From assembly GCA_964016885.1 (NCBI GenBank), contig OZ024741.1, positions 294,934,001 to 294,998,000 of the forward strand: 64,000 nt of DNA, read 5' to 3'. This DNA is from Eledone cirrhosa (lineage: Eukaryota). Shown piece after piece: positions 24,499 to 38,142 of the stretch; positions within the stretch are counted from its first letter, which is position 1; every line of letters begins with the position of its first letter. The notes under the pieces are model-generated. The model had not been told where the DNA came from, ran no database searches, and saw nothing but the letters and a program-made list of their open reading frames with translations. The position numbers and the translations under genes were made by a program.

Positions 24499-27400
24499 AT
24501 AAATTTACACATAGCAAATTTGGCAAAGTCATTAGATTGTCAAATTAAATGGCTTGGTTTTTGATCCAGCTTTCCACACTATGTTCTCAAATTTCACTGA
24601 GGTTAACTTTGGCATCCTTTTGGGATCAGTAAATAAAGTACTCATCCAGGATGGTGGATTGGTGGCATTATCAAAATGTTGGGTGGGATTGCTTGACAGT
24701 TCCAGTTGAGCATATTTTAAGTTCTAATCATGCCTCCTGTTACTTGGATATGCAGGGGCTGCAACTAACAAATTGATTGTATCAGCAATGGAAATGTCAA
24801 TAGAATCTGAGTTTTCTTGGTCTGATCAAAGTATCAGCTTTTCTATCTTTTTGATTTTACACTTGTGGGCTACTGCAACCACCAGACTGGAGTTGAACAC
24901 ATGTACACAGAAGCACACGTACACACACACACATGCATGCGCGCACACACACACACATGCATGCGCGCACACACACACACATACATGCACACACACACAC
25001 ATGCACACAAACACACACAGTTGTGAGTTAGTTAAGTATATTGATGTTTTCTAACTTGATAAATCAATTGAACAGAATAAATTGGTCAGCAAGTATAGAC
25101 TAACCAACATCATCATCATGATCATGGTTTTTACGTTCGTTTTTCCACGCTTCCATGGGTTTGTCAATTTAATATGAGATTCTACTACCTTTATATCTTA
25201 TGAGTTTCTGTTGACTACATCAATAGTACAAGAAGAAGATATTGCTGAAAATAATGTGTGGCAGGAGAGCTAGCTTTCTGGATTGCTGTTGCTGTTTGAT
25301 CAGCTTGCAACAAAGATACACTGATCACACATCATAAGAACACATTCAATAAAAAGATTCTTTCTTCAGAAATCTATTACACTTCAGATTTAAACTGGTG
25401 CTTTTTATCTCACCATTTCTTTGTATTTGCTGTGTTAATTCTCTTGTTAATAGCATGAAATCTGTTTTATATGACTTATCTCTACTGGCTGGCTGTCTTT
25501 TACAACAACTCTTACTAATACAATGTGTCTCATACAATATTGATTTCTTTTGACTACTCAGTGGACTAAATTTTTCTTCGGGTAACATGTAATATATTCA
25601 ATTTATCTCAATGTGCAGGTAGTTATTGTATACTCACTCACTCTCACGTGAGAGAAATGAAAGACAGTATTAACTTTTATAAGATTTGAACTGGAAACAC
25701 CAGATGAGCTCAACATCCTAGAGCTCAGCTAGATCAGTTGGAAATGGTTGCTTTTGACAGGAACTACTGGAAGGAATGTTTGAGGACTCTGCCCCTATAA
25801 CCCTCTCAGGAATAAGTGAGCAAAGAAGAAGAGAAGAGATTTGAACTCAGAACAGTGGGATATAAAAATAGTTTCAGTAAAATATTCAATCAGGCTCACT
25901 TTTCTTTGACTTGAACCTTTGAAATAACAGTATCTATAAAATATCCATATATTACTAAAATTGTGAATATGTATTACTGTTTGTGTGTTCTGAGAATTTA
26001 ACAAGACCACAGCTCCATAACTATGGGCATGTGGTTAGAATGTCTCAAGAATGAATTGCTGGACAGATTTTATGCCCAAAACCAACCAGCAGGAGATCTA
26101 GTCATTGACCTCAAGCAAGATAGTTGGATAACATCCATGAGCTTGGCTGATCTCACTTGGGGATCCAGATGGATCAGTTGGAAATGGTTGCTTCTGACAA
26201 GACCCAGTAGAAGGAGTGTTTGAGGACTCTGCCCCTATAATCCTCTCAGGAATAAGTAGACAAAGAAGACCTTTTGTTCTACCAAAATATTTCAATTAAT
26301 GTATTTCTAAATACAAGCCCAGTTTCCCACTTTATCTTCCAGTATATTCTAAGTCTGGAGCCCTCAAAATTAAAGAATATTTTTCCTTACTTTATCAATG
26401 CAGAAAAAAATCATTTCCATCCATTCATGGTAGAGAGACAATAGAAAATAACATGTGCATGCACAAAAATGCACAGCCACATGACTTTAAAAAAAAAAGA
26501 GACAAGAAACATACATGTAAAAAATGCACACATCTGAACTTGAGCACAAATCCACAAATAGTCAAGACATATGACAACTAGCACACACACATTCATAGGT
26601 ACATGCATACACACATAGATATGTGTGTGTGTGAAAACAGATGCATACAGACATTCACAGGCATATGCATACACACACACACATATATATGTATGTATGT
26701 ATGTGTGTATATATACATATATATATATATGTATATATATAAACAGTCACACACATATGCAAAAGTCATATGCAACCAATGCCTTTTTCACGTTATATCT
26801 GCACGAATGCATGTGGAGCAATAAGTTTACCAATTGTGAACAAATACTTACAAAACTTTCTTTTCTAAATGGTGTTATTCACCTTAAAATATATGTTATC
26901 TACATTTATTTTCATCATATAAAAGATATTTTCATGTTTTCGTTTTTTTTCTATACTTCGCATTTTTCTTTTTTCTTTTGTTTGTTGTTTTTTTCTTAGA
27001 AATAATACAGAACTTATTTTCATTTCTTTCATATTTTACTTTTGTTACTTCTGTTGTTTTGACTATCATTCGTTTGGCATTTTACTTTCACCTTTTAGCA
27101 TACTAAAATGTGTTTTAATATAGATTGTGTATGGTGTGTGTGTCTGTATCTGCTATTCCTTTTTATAGTGGGTTGTTATTTGAAATAATAAATTCATGCA
27201 GGATTATAATGATTCTCATTCAACAAATTTGCCACCAAGAGTGCTTTATTTCCTAGGCAATGCCAGGTATTCTTATAATTCTATATTCATATAATAATAT
27301 TTTATTTATCTGAATCGTCAAGACCCCAAGGGTGGGATTCATCTGATCAGACCAAGGAAACAATGTTTTCATTGATCTTTCCGAATGCTAATACTATCTA

Positions 27401-27547
27401 CTAGTTGCAACAACTATAACCCTTTCAAATGTGCTTTTTGAATGAAGATTGATATACTAAATGTTTTTTAAAAGAGAATTATTCTGTCTTGTCCCTATTT
27501 TATTTATTACATAAATTTGAATTAATTTTTTTTTCCTTTCATTTCAG

Positions 27548-27602
27548 GTGAGTGTTTACTTTACAGTTTACTGCTGTTGATTTTGAGAAAAAGGAAATAC
27601 AG
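27548..27602 (+). other. candidate small exon (or recursive splice point at 27547/27548)
   Basis: Strong acceptor ttttttttttcctttcatttcag, open frame ECLLYSLLLLILRKRKY, donor AG|gtttgc; the acceptor is immediately followed by GTGAGT. Confidence 0.3.
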
Positions 27603-27649
27603 GTTTGCAAAGAACTTTTAATAGCATTGTTATTAATAGTATATTAATT

Positions 27650-28440
27650 AACACTTCTGCACCATATACATGAGGTTGTTATACTCAAGAAAATATCCTG
27701 GGATACAATAATAATATTGTATTATTATTTTACACTTCTGCACTATATACTTCAGGTTATTATACTCAAGGGCGGGGAATTGGCAGTATCGGTAGAGAGT
27801 CGGACGCCATGCTTTCTAACATAGTTACGTCCCTTTACAGTCTGAGTTCAAATCCCGCCGAGGTTAACTTTGCCTTTCATCCTTACGGGGTTGATAAAAT
27901 AAAGTACCAGTAATGTACTGGGTAATTGCTGGCCTTGTGCCTAAAGTAGAAACAGTTATTATACTCAAGGAAATATCCTGGGATACAATAATAATATTGT
28001 TATTTTACACTTCTGCACCATATACTTTAGGTTGTTATACTGAAGGAAATATCCTGGGATACAATAATAATATTGTTATTTTATACTTCTGCACCATATA
28101 CTTCAGGTTGTTATACTGAAGGAAATATCCTGGGATACAATAATAATATTGTTATTTTATACTTCTGCACCATATACTTCAGGTTGTTATACTGAAGGAA
28201 ATATCCTGGGATACAATAATAATATTGTTATTTTATACTTCTGCACCATATACTTCAGGTTGTTATACTGAAGGAAATATCCTGGGATACAATAATAATA
28301 TTGTTATTTTATACTTCTGCACCATATACTTCAGGTTGTTATACTGAAGGAAATATCCTGGGATACAATAATAATTCTGCACCATATACTTCAGGTTGTT
28401 ATACTCATTATTCTGGGATACAATAATAATTTTGTATTGT
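27650..28440. repeat. 76-bp minisatellite, about 8 copies, interrupted by a SINE
   Basis: ACTTCTGCACCATATAC unit starts at 28009, 28085, 28161, 28237, 28313 (period 76), plus diverged copies at ~27654, ~27734, ~28375. Confidence 0.95.
27771..27955 (+). mobile_element. family A SINE with TSD
   Basis: Full head, core and tail; TSD gttattatactcaag(g) on both sides. Confidence 0.92.
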
Positions 28441-29150
28441 TATTTTATGCTTTTATACTTTATCTTGAATTATCATAATCTTATTTTTTGAAGAGGTTAG
28501 AGAGTTGAATTCACAATTGTGAGGTTGTAAGTTCAATTCTCGGACCGGGTGATGCATTGTGTCCTTGAGCAAGACACTTTATTTCATGTTGCTCCTTCTA
28601 CCAGTTGTGACCCGTAGATTGTATCAGCAAGGGAACATTGTTTTCTTGGTCCGATTTGATGAGGTCCACCCACTCAGCAAGCTAATGAGGTTTGGGATCT
28701 TGTCGATCGTTTTCCTAATCTCATTAGAATTAGATTTATCTGACTTAATCATGCTACCCATCTCAGTTCCACATAACATTTAGGAAGCAAGTGAGTTAAT
28801 GTGCCATATTTGTACAGAGTTGTTTGATCAATACAATTTATAGCTAGATGGTTGACCCATGTATATCGTTATCATGGCGTCCATAGGAGTATATCACTAA
28901 GTTTATCTTTGGGAAGATAGCAGGGAAATATCCTATATCTGAATAGAGTTAGTCAATGAAGGATTTTGCTGGATAACCATCCCATATATATCCATGCCAT
29001 GGTATCCATATGAGTATATTATTAATGTGTCATTGCAAAGTTCTCCAGTAATGTCCTGCGAAATGCTTGTACAGTCTCTGTTTGGTTGGATAACCCTTTC
29101 AAGGAGATATTCAGTGATTATTATACTCAAGGTAATTTAAAATAACATTT

Positions 29151-29281
29151 ACAAGCAACAATATGTTGTGCAGAAGTCTAAATTAATAATTATTTTTTTT
29201 ATTGGCCACTGTTTCAGCCTTAGTGGCCAATAACAGAAATAATTATTTATTTACACTTGTGCACCACACATTTTTGCTTGT
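29151..29281. repeat. imperfect inverted repeat, ~60-bp arms
   Basis: acaagcaacaatatgttgtgcagaagt..ttattggccact versus agtggccaataa..acacttgtgcaccacacatttttgcttgt. Confidence 0.85.
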
Positions 29282-29741
29282 CAAGAGAAGTTTCCTGGAA
29301 TGCAACAGATTTTTACAAATATGAAAAACAACAACACCTACAATAAATAATTATTTTACAATGGAGAATACATTAGTTTACAATTTCAATAAACAATATT
29401 GGAATACATTTAAACTAAATCATTGGAGCATGACAAACAATACAAGCATAAATAAATAATTATTTCAGCATTGTTGACTATTGAATAAAATATTACTGTA
29501 GTGTTTTATTTTTTTTTTTATTTATCATTATTATGTTTTTATTTATATAGAAATGTTAAATAATATTTCCATTATGTCAGTTTCGAGAAAGCTTTTATTT
29601 TGCAACAATCAGTTAATTTATTATAAATAGAGAATACATACTATTGATCAGTGGTTAAACTGATGGACAACAGCTTTCGGCATTATTAATCAGAAAATCA
29701 TTATTAGCATTTTGTGGAAACATACATCATTTGACTTGTCC

Positions 29742-29925
29742 AGGGTGGTGGATTGGCAGTATTGGTAGAGTGATGGACAACATGCTTTGCAGCATATAGT
29801 TACGTACCTTTACATTCATGTGTTCAAATCCCACTGTGTTTAGCTTTGCCTTTCACCCTCGGTGAGGGTCGATTTACTTGACTTTCCCTTCCCTCAAAAT
29901 TGCTGTACCTAAATCAGAAACCACT
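29742..29925 (+). mobile_element. family A SINE, diverged
   Basis: GGTGGATTGGCAGTATTGG head, GTTCAAATCCC, GCCTTTCACCCT. Confidence 0.75.
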
Positions 29926-30834
29926 ATTTGACTTATCCAAGTTAACCTAACTGAAACTAAATACTATTTCTATTGTATAGTATGCATTGTTGTTAGTACT
30001 ATGTGGCAAACAGACTATCACAGAGCTTGTAGTAGGCCTGAAACATGTAAACTGCAAAGCTGGTAATAGATTGATCAAATCAATTGACAAAATCACAAAT
30101 CTCATTCGCTTACTCAGTGGAATGGACCTTGTCAAAAAATCAGACCAAGGAAAAAATGTTTCCATTGGTGTTTCCATTGCTAATATATCTTCCAGTCATA
30201 ACTTCTGGCAGAAAAAGCTGGTAATAGACCCAGAAAAAATGTAGAATTTACCCTCATCATCTCATTAAGTATTTCAGTAACCAGTGCTAAAGGCATATAA
30301 TTTATGATGTATTTACAAGTAACAGAATAAAATAACAGAACTAGAACTTGAGACCAGTCTACATACATGTCACATTAGGATGGGCTAGATAACAAACTGA
30401 AAGGGGCATTCAGACTACAAGACAACAGACTTTGCTGCTACAAAATATTACATTAAAAATGTTTAAACTGCAATGCTGTAAGTGTCATACAGTATGAAAT
30501 ATGGCCAAGACTAGTGATTACCAACTTCTTCAACCCCAAGGATCCCTTTTATTTGAATTATTTTCCCCATTTCCCCCTCCTTTTGCTATGATTATTCCTT
30601 TCTTTAATAGTGACAATAATACGTTCAACAGAGAGAAATGTTTATACTTAGAAAAGAATGAATATCTATTAGTGTGAGCATATTATATCTATTAGTGTGA
30701 GCATATTATGGTTTTACAACATAGCTCATGAACGTCCCACACCATGCTACTTTTGTAGTCTCACAGGGGTCTGTGAACTGAAATCTATTGTTTAAAATAA
30801 GGAAAATATATAATTTACTCTTTTTTATTTATAG

Positions 30835-30886
30835 GGCTTACAGTAAGGAATTGTTGGCTTTGATAAAATTAAACTTAGTATATCCA
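30835..30886 (+). other. candidate 52-nt exon
   Basis: Acceptor ctcttttttatttatag, donor gtaagt at 30887, open frame AYSKELLALIKLNLVYP. Confidence 0.4.
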
Positions 30887-30895
30887 GTAAGTATT

Positions 30896-33800
30896 GCTGT
30901 CAGGTGTATTAATCAGTTAGCTCTATTCCACAACAATAGCTGTCAGGTGTGTTGATCAGTTAGCTCTATATCACAACAATATCTGTCAGGTGTGTTGATC
31001 AGTTAGCTCTATATCACAACAATATCTGTCAGGTGTATTAATCAGTTAGCTCTATTCCACAACAATATCTGTCAGGTGTGTTGATCAGTTAGCTCTATAT
31101 CACAACAATATCTGTCAGGTGTGTTGATCAGTTAGCTCTATATCACAACAATAGCTGTCAGGTGTGTTGATCAGTTAACACTATACCACAACAATATCTG
31201 TCAGGTGTGTTGGTCAGTTAGCTCTATACCACAACAATATCTGTCAGGTGTGTTGATCAGTTAACTCTATACCACAACAATATCTGTCAGGTGTGTTGAT
31301 CAGTTAACTCTATACCACAACAATATCTGTCAGGTGTATTGGTCAGTTAGCTCTATACCACAACAATAGCTGTCAGGTGTGTTGATCAGTTAACTCTATA
31401 CCACAACAATATCTGTCAGGTGTGTTGGTCAGTTAGCTCTATACCACAACAATAGCTGTCAGGTGTGTTGATCAGTTAGCTCTATATCACAACAATATCT
31501 GTCAGGTGTGTTGGTCAGTTAACTCTATATCACAACAATAGCTGTCAGGTGTGTTGATCAGTTAGCTCTATACCACAACAATATCTGTCAGGTGTGTTGA
31601 TCAGTTAGCTCTATACCACAACAATAGCTGTCAGGTGTGTTGGTCAGTTAACTCTATATCACAACAATAGCTGTCAGGTGTGTTGATCAGTTAGCTCTAT
31701 ACCACAACAATATCTGTCAGGTGTGTTGGTCAGTTAACTCTATATCACAACAATAGCTGTCAGGTGTGTTGATCAGTTAGCTCTATATCACAACAATAGC
31801 TGTCAGGTGTATTAATCAGAGAGCTCTATACCACAACAATATCTGTCAGGTGTGTTGATCAGTTAGCTCTATACCACAACAATATCTGTCAGGTGTGTTG
31901 GTCAGTTAACTCTATATCACAACAATAGCTGTCAGGTGTGTTGATCAGTTAGCTCTATACCACAACAATATCTGTCAGGTGTGTTGGTCAGTTAACTCTA
32001 TATCACAACAATAGCTGTCAGGTGTGTTGATCAGTTAGCTCTATATCACAACAATAGCTGGCAGGTGTATTAATCAGTTAGCTCTATATCACAACAATAT
32101 CTGTCAGGTGTGTTGGTCAGTTAACTCTATACCACAACAATATCTGTCAGGTGTATTAATCAGTTAGCTCTATACCACAACAATAGCTGTCAGGTGTGTT
32201 GGTCAGTTAGCTCTATACCACAACAATATCTGTCAGGTGTGTTGATCAGTTAGCTCTATATCACAACAATATCTGTCAGGTGTGTTGATCAGTTAGCTCT
32301 ATATCACAACAATAGCTGTCAGGTGTGTTGATCAGTTAGCTCTATATCACAACAATATCTGTCAGGTGTGTTGGTCAGTTAACTCTATATCACAACAATA
32401 TCTGTCAGGTGTGTTGATCAGTTAGCTCTATATCACAACAATATCTGTCAGGTGTGTTGGTCAGTTAGCTCTATACCACAACAATATCTGTCAGGTGTGT
32501 TGATCAGTTAGCTCTATATCACAACAATAGCTGTCAGGTGTGTTGATCAGTTAGCTCTATATCACAACAATAGCTGTCAGGTGTGTTGATCAGTTAGCTC
32601 TATATCACAACAATAGCTGTCAGGTGTATTAATCAGTTAGCTCTATACCACAACAATATCTGTCAGGTGTGTTGATCAGTTAGCTCTATACCACAACAAT
32701 ATCTGTCAGGTGTGTTGATCAGTTAGCTCTATATCACAACAATATCTGTCAGGTGTGTTGATCAGTTAGCTCTATATCACAACAGTAGCTGTCAGGTGTA
32801 TTAATCAGTTAGCTCTATACCACAACAATATCTGTCAGGTGTGTTGATCAGTTAGCTCTATACCACAACAATATCTGTCAGGTGTGTTGATCAGTTAGCT
32901 CTATACCACAACAATATCTGTCAGGTGTGTTGATCAGTTAGCTCTATATCACAACAATAGCTGTCAGGTGTGTTGATCAGTTAGCTCTATACCACAACAA
33001 TATCTGTCAGGTGTGTTGATCAGTTAACTCTATATCACAACAATAGCTGTCAGGTGTGTTGGTCAGTTAACTCTATATCACAACAATAGCTGTCAGGTGT
33101 GTTGATCAGTTAGCTCTATATCACAACAATAGCTGTCAGGTGTGTTGATCAGTTAGCTCTATATCACAACAATAGCTGTCAGGTGTGTTGATCAGTTAGC
33201 TCTATATCACAACAATAGCTGTCAGGTGTGTTGATCAGTTAACTCTATATCACAACAATATCTGTCAGGTGTGTTGATCAGTTAGCTCTATATCACAACA
33301 ATAGCTGTCAGGTGTGTTGATCAGTTAGCTCTATACCACAACAATAGCTGTCAGGTGTATTAATCAGTTAGCTCTATATCACAACAATAGCTGTCAGGTG
33401 TGTTGATCAGTTAACTCTATACCACAACAATAGCTGTCAGGTGTATTAATCAGTTAGCTCTATATCACAACAATAGCTGTCAGGTGTGTTGATCAGTTAG
33501 CTCTATATCACAACAATAGCTGTCAGGTGTGTTGATCAGTTAACTCTATACCACAACAATATCTGTCAGGTGTGTTGATCAGTTAGCTCTATATCACAAC
33601 AATAGTTGTCAGGTGTGTTGATCAGTTAGCTCTATATCACAACAATAGTTGTCAGGTGTGTTGATCAGTTAACTCTATACCACAACAATAGCTGTCAGGT
33701 GTATTAATCAGTTAGCTCTATATCACAACAATAGCTGTCAGGTGTGTTGATCAGTTAGCTCTATATCACAACAATAGCTGTCAGGTGTGTTGATCAGTTA

Positions 33801-36800
33801 ACTCTATACCACAACAATATCTGTCAGGTGTGTTGATCAGTTAGCTCTATATCACAACAATAGTTGTCAGGTGTGTTGATCAGTTAACTCTATACCACAA
33901 CAATAGCTGTCAGGTGTATTAATCAGTTAGCTCTATATCACAACAATAGCTGTCAGGTGTGTTGATCAGTTAACTCTATACCACAACAATAGCTGTCAGG
34001 TGTATTAATCAGTTAGCTCTATATCACAACAATAGCTGTCAGGTGTGTTGGTCAGTTAGCTCTATACCACAACAATAGCTGTCAGGTGTGTTGATCAGTT
34101 AGCTCTATATCACAACAATATCTGTCAGGTGTATTAATCAGTTAACTCTATACCACAACAATAGCTGTCAGGTGTATTAATCAGTTAGCTCTATATCACA
34201 ACAATAGCTGTCAGGTGTGTTGGTCAGTTAGCTCTATACCACAACAATAGCTGTCAGGTGTGTTGATCAGTTAGCTCTATATCACAACAATAGCTGTCAG
34301 GTGTGTTGATCAGTTAACTCTATACCACAACAATAGCTGTCAGGTGTATTAATCAGTTAGCTCTATATCACAACAATATCTGTCAGGTGTGTTGGTCAGT
34401 TAGCTCTATATCACAACAATAGCTGTCAGGTGTGTTGGTCAGTTAGCTCTATATCACAACAATATCTGTCAGGTGTGTTGATCAGTTAACTCTATACCAC
34501 AACAATAGCTGTCAGGTGTATTAATCAGTTAGCTCTATATCACAACAATAGCTGTCAGGTGTGTTGATCAGTTAACTCTATACCACAACAATAGCTGTCA
34601 GGTGTATTAATCAGTTAGCTCTATACCACAACAATATCTTCAGGTGTGTTGATCAGTTAGCTCTATACCACAACAATAGCTGTCAGGTGTGTTGGTCAGT
34701 TAACACTATACCACAACAATATCTGTCAGGTGTATTAATCAGTTAGCTCTATATCACAACAATAGTTGTCAGGTGTGTTGGTCAGTTAGCTCTATATCAC
34801 AACAATATCTGTCAGGTGTGTTGGTCAGTTAGCTCTATATCACAACAATATCTGTCAGGTGTGTTGGTCAGTTAGCTCTATATCACAACAATATCTGTCA
34901 GGTGTGTTGATCAGTTAGCTCTATATCACAACAATATCTGTCAGGTGTGTTGGTCAGTTAGCTCTATATCACAACAATAGCTGTCAGGTGTGTTGGTCAG
35001 TTAACTCTATATCACAACAATAGCTGTCAGGTGTGTTGGTCAGTTAACTCTATATCACAACAATAGCTGTCAGGTGTGTTGATCAGTTAGCTCTATATCA
35101 CAACAATATCTGTCAGGTGTGTTGATCAGTTAGCTCTATATCACAACAATAGCTGTCAGGTGTGTTGGTCAGTTAACTCTATATCACAACAATAGCTGTC
35201 AGGTGTGTTGGTCAGTTAACTCTATATCACAACAATAGCTGTCAGGTGTGTTGATCAGTTAACTCTATATCAGAACAATAGCTGTCAGGTGTGTTGATCA
35301 GTTAGCTCTATACCACAACAATATCTGTCAGGTGTGTTGATCAGTTAGCTCTATACCACAACAATATCTGTCAGGTGTATTAATCAGTTAGCTCTATATC
35401 ACAACAATAGCTGTCAGGTGTGCTGATCAGTTAGCTCTATATCACAACAATATCTGTCAGGTGTGTTGATCAGTTAGCTCTATATCACAACAATATCTGT
35501 CAGGTGTGTTGATCAGTTAGCTCTATATCACAACAATATCTGTCAGGTGTGTTGATCAGTTAGCTCTATATCACAACAATATCTGTCAGGTGTGTTGATC
35601 AGTTAGCTCTATATCACAACAATATCTGTCAGGTGTGTTGATCAGTTAGCTCTATATCACAACAATATCTGTCAGGTGTGTTGGTCAGTTAACTCTATAT
35701 CACAACAATATCTGTCGGGTGTGTTGATCAGTTAGCTCTATATCACAACAATATCTGTCAGGTGTGTTGGTCAGTTAACTCTATATCACAACAATAGCTG
35801 TCAGGTGTGTTGATCAGTTAGCTCTATACCACAACAATATCTGTCAGGTGTATTAATCAGTTAGCTCTATATCACAACAATAGCTGTCAGGTGTGTTGAT
35901 CAGTTAGCTCTATACCACAACAATATCTGTCAGGTGTATTAATCAGTTAGCTCTATATCACAACAATAGCTGTCAGGTGTGTTGGTCAGTTAGCTCTATA
36001 TCACAACAATATCTGTCAGGTGTATTAATCAGTTAGCTCTATATCACAACAATAGCTGTCAGGTGTGTTGGTCAGTTAGCTCTATATCACAACAATATCT
36101 GTCAGGTGTGTTGATCAGTTAACTCTATATCACAACAATATCTGTCAGGTGTGTTGATCAGTTAGCTCTATATCACAACAATATCTGTCAGGTGTGTTGA
36201 TCAGTTAGCTCTATATCACAACAATAGCTGTCAGGTGTGTTGGTCAGTTAACACTATACCACAACAATATCTGTCAGGTGTGTTGATCAGTTAGCTCTAT
36301 ATCACAACAATAGCTGTCAGGTGTGTTGGTCAGTTAACACTATACCACAACAATATCTGTCAGGTGTGTTGGTCAGTTAACTCTATATCACAACAATATC
36401 TGTCAGGTGTGTTGATCAGTTAGCTCTATATCACAACAATAGCTGTCAGGTGTGTTGGTCAGTTAGCTCTATACCACAACAATATCTGTCAGGTGTGTTG
36501 ATCAGTTAGCTCTATATCACAACAATAGCTGTCAGGTGTGTTGATCAGTTAGCTCTATACCACAACAATATCTGTCAGGTGTATTAATCAGTTAGCTCTA
36601 TACCATAACAATAGCTGTCAGGTGTGTTGATCAGTTAGCTCTATACCACAACAATATCTGTCAGGTGTATTAATCAGTTAGCTCTATATCACAACAATAT
36701 CTGTCAGGTGTGTTGATCAGTTAACTCTATATCAGAACAATAGCTGTCAGGTGTGTTGATCAGTTAGCTCTATACCACAACAATAGCTGTCAGGTGTGTT

Positions 36801-37075
36801 GATCAGTTAGCTCTATACCACAACAATAGCTGTCAGGTGTGTTGATCAGTTAGCTCTATATCACAACAATAGCTGTCAGGTGTGTTTGGTTAGTTAGCTC
36901 TATATCACAACAATACCTCTCAGGTGTGTTAATCAGTTAGCTCTACACCACAACAATAGCTGTCAGGTGTGTTTGGTTTGTTAGCTCTATACCACAGATG
37001 TGTTTAAGTACAATAGCTGTCAGGTTTGATCAGTTAGTTCTATACCACAGGTTTGCTTAATCACAACAATAGCAA
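30896..37075. repeat. 43-bp tandem satellite, roughly 140-145 units
   Basis: Consensus TGTCAGGTGTGTTGATCAGTTAGCTCTATATCACAACAATA(G/T)C; TGTCAGG at 30941 and 30984 gives period 43; degenerate terminal units. Confidence 0.99.
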
Positions 37076-38142
37076 TAATAACATTTTATCCCATTGTTTT
37101 AATTTAGGAAACCATGAATCCATTTCAAACACAGAATAATGTGTAAACATATTATCAATATTATAAAATAGTAATTGATGAAATGAAAAGATTTCTTGTT
37201 ATGTTTAGGAATAGCTGCTAATTGCATGGATGACTGATAGCCTTAGCGGTGAGTAATTAATTTGTTGTGACTAAAGTAATAGTGGTTATGATACCTCATT
37301 AACAATATTAACACCTCAGGTAATAGCTATGTAGGTAAATAATTAGCTGGGTAATTTTACCTAAGCTGATAGCTCACAGATTTCTGGCTGTAATATTTTT
37401 ACTTCAGATGATTGTTGACATTTAATTGGCAGAGTTGTTAGGGATTAGTTCCAGCTGTTTGTGCTTTGAGTTGAGTTCCTAGTGAGGTCAACTTGGCGTT
37501 TTATCCATTTGAGGTTGATAATTAAAGTACCCTCCAGAACCAATGGATTAGCAGAATTGTTAAAGTATTAGATGAGATAAATTGTGTTATCTGCTTCGGC
37601 TCTGTGTTTTGAGTTAAAATACTACATGAATAAATTACTGACGGATTTTTGACTGCTCTAGACTAACTTTACCAATTATTTATTATAGATGCAACAGAGT
37701 TGCATTGTTAAGAAGTTACCTTCAGATTCATGAGCGTTTAGGTTCAGCTCCATTTCATAACATTTTAGACATGTTTTTTTTTACTGTAGCCTTATGTTGA
37801 TCCAAGCCTTGCAAGTGAAAGTAGGCAAATAGACACTGTTTAACTCTTTCTTCCTTGATAGCTGCCAATGCCACCACTGATTACCTCCCTGAACAACATT
37901 AGGATATTTTGATTCTAGTTCTCTAAACCAAATAGTGAAAATCGATAGTTATTTTACATGCCCATACAACAATTGTTCTGTTTATAAGTAATAAAGATAA
38001 AAATATGAAATTTTTAGTGAAGGCTCAAAGCTAAATATTTTTAAAAGATATTGCCAAAAAACTCATTATATTTACATTTCAATAAATTAGATAAACAATT
38101 TAGTATCATAAAATATGAGCAAAAATATGAAAAACCATTATT

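Noticed and set aside
25346-25588. 80-aa ORF with protein-like composition
   Set aside because: No recognisable domain, in-frame stop just upstream, no convincing splice sites
30663-30710. 23-bp direct duplication
   Set aside because: Ordinary slippage duplication with no further structure
30896-37075. CRISPR-like array or repetitive protein gene
   Set aside because: No unique spacers and no cas genes; 43 is not a multiple of 3 and the ORF track shows nothing here
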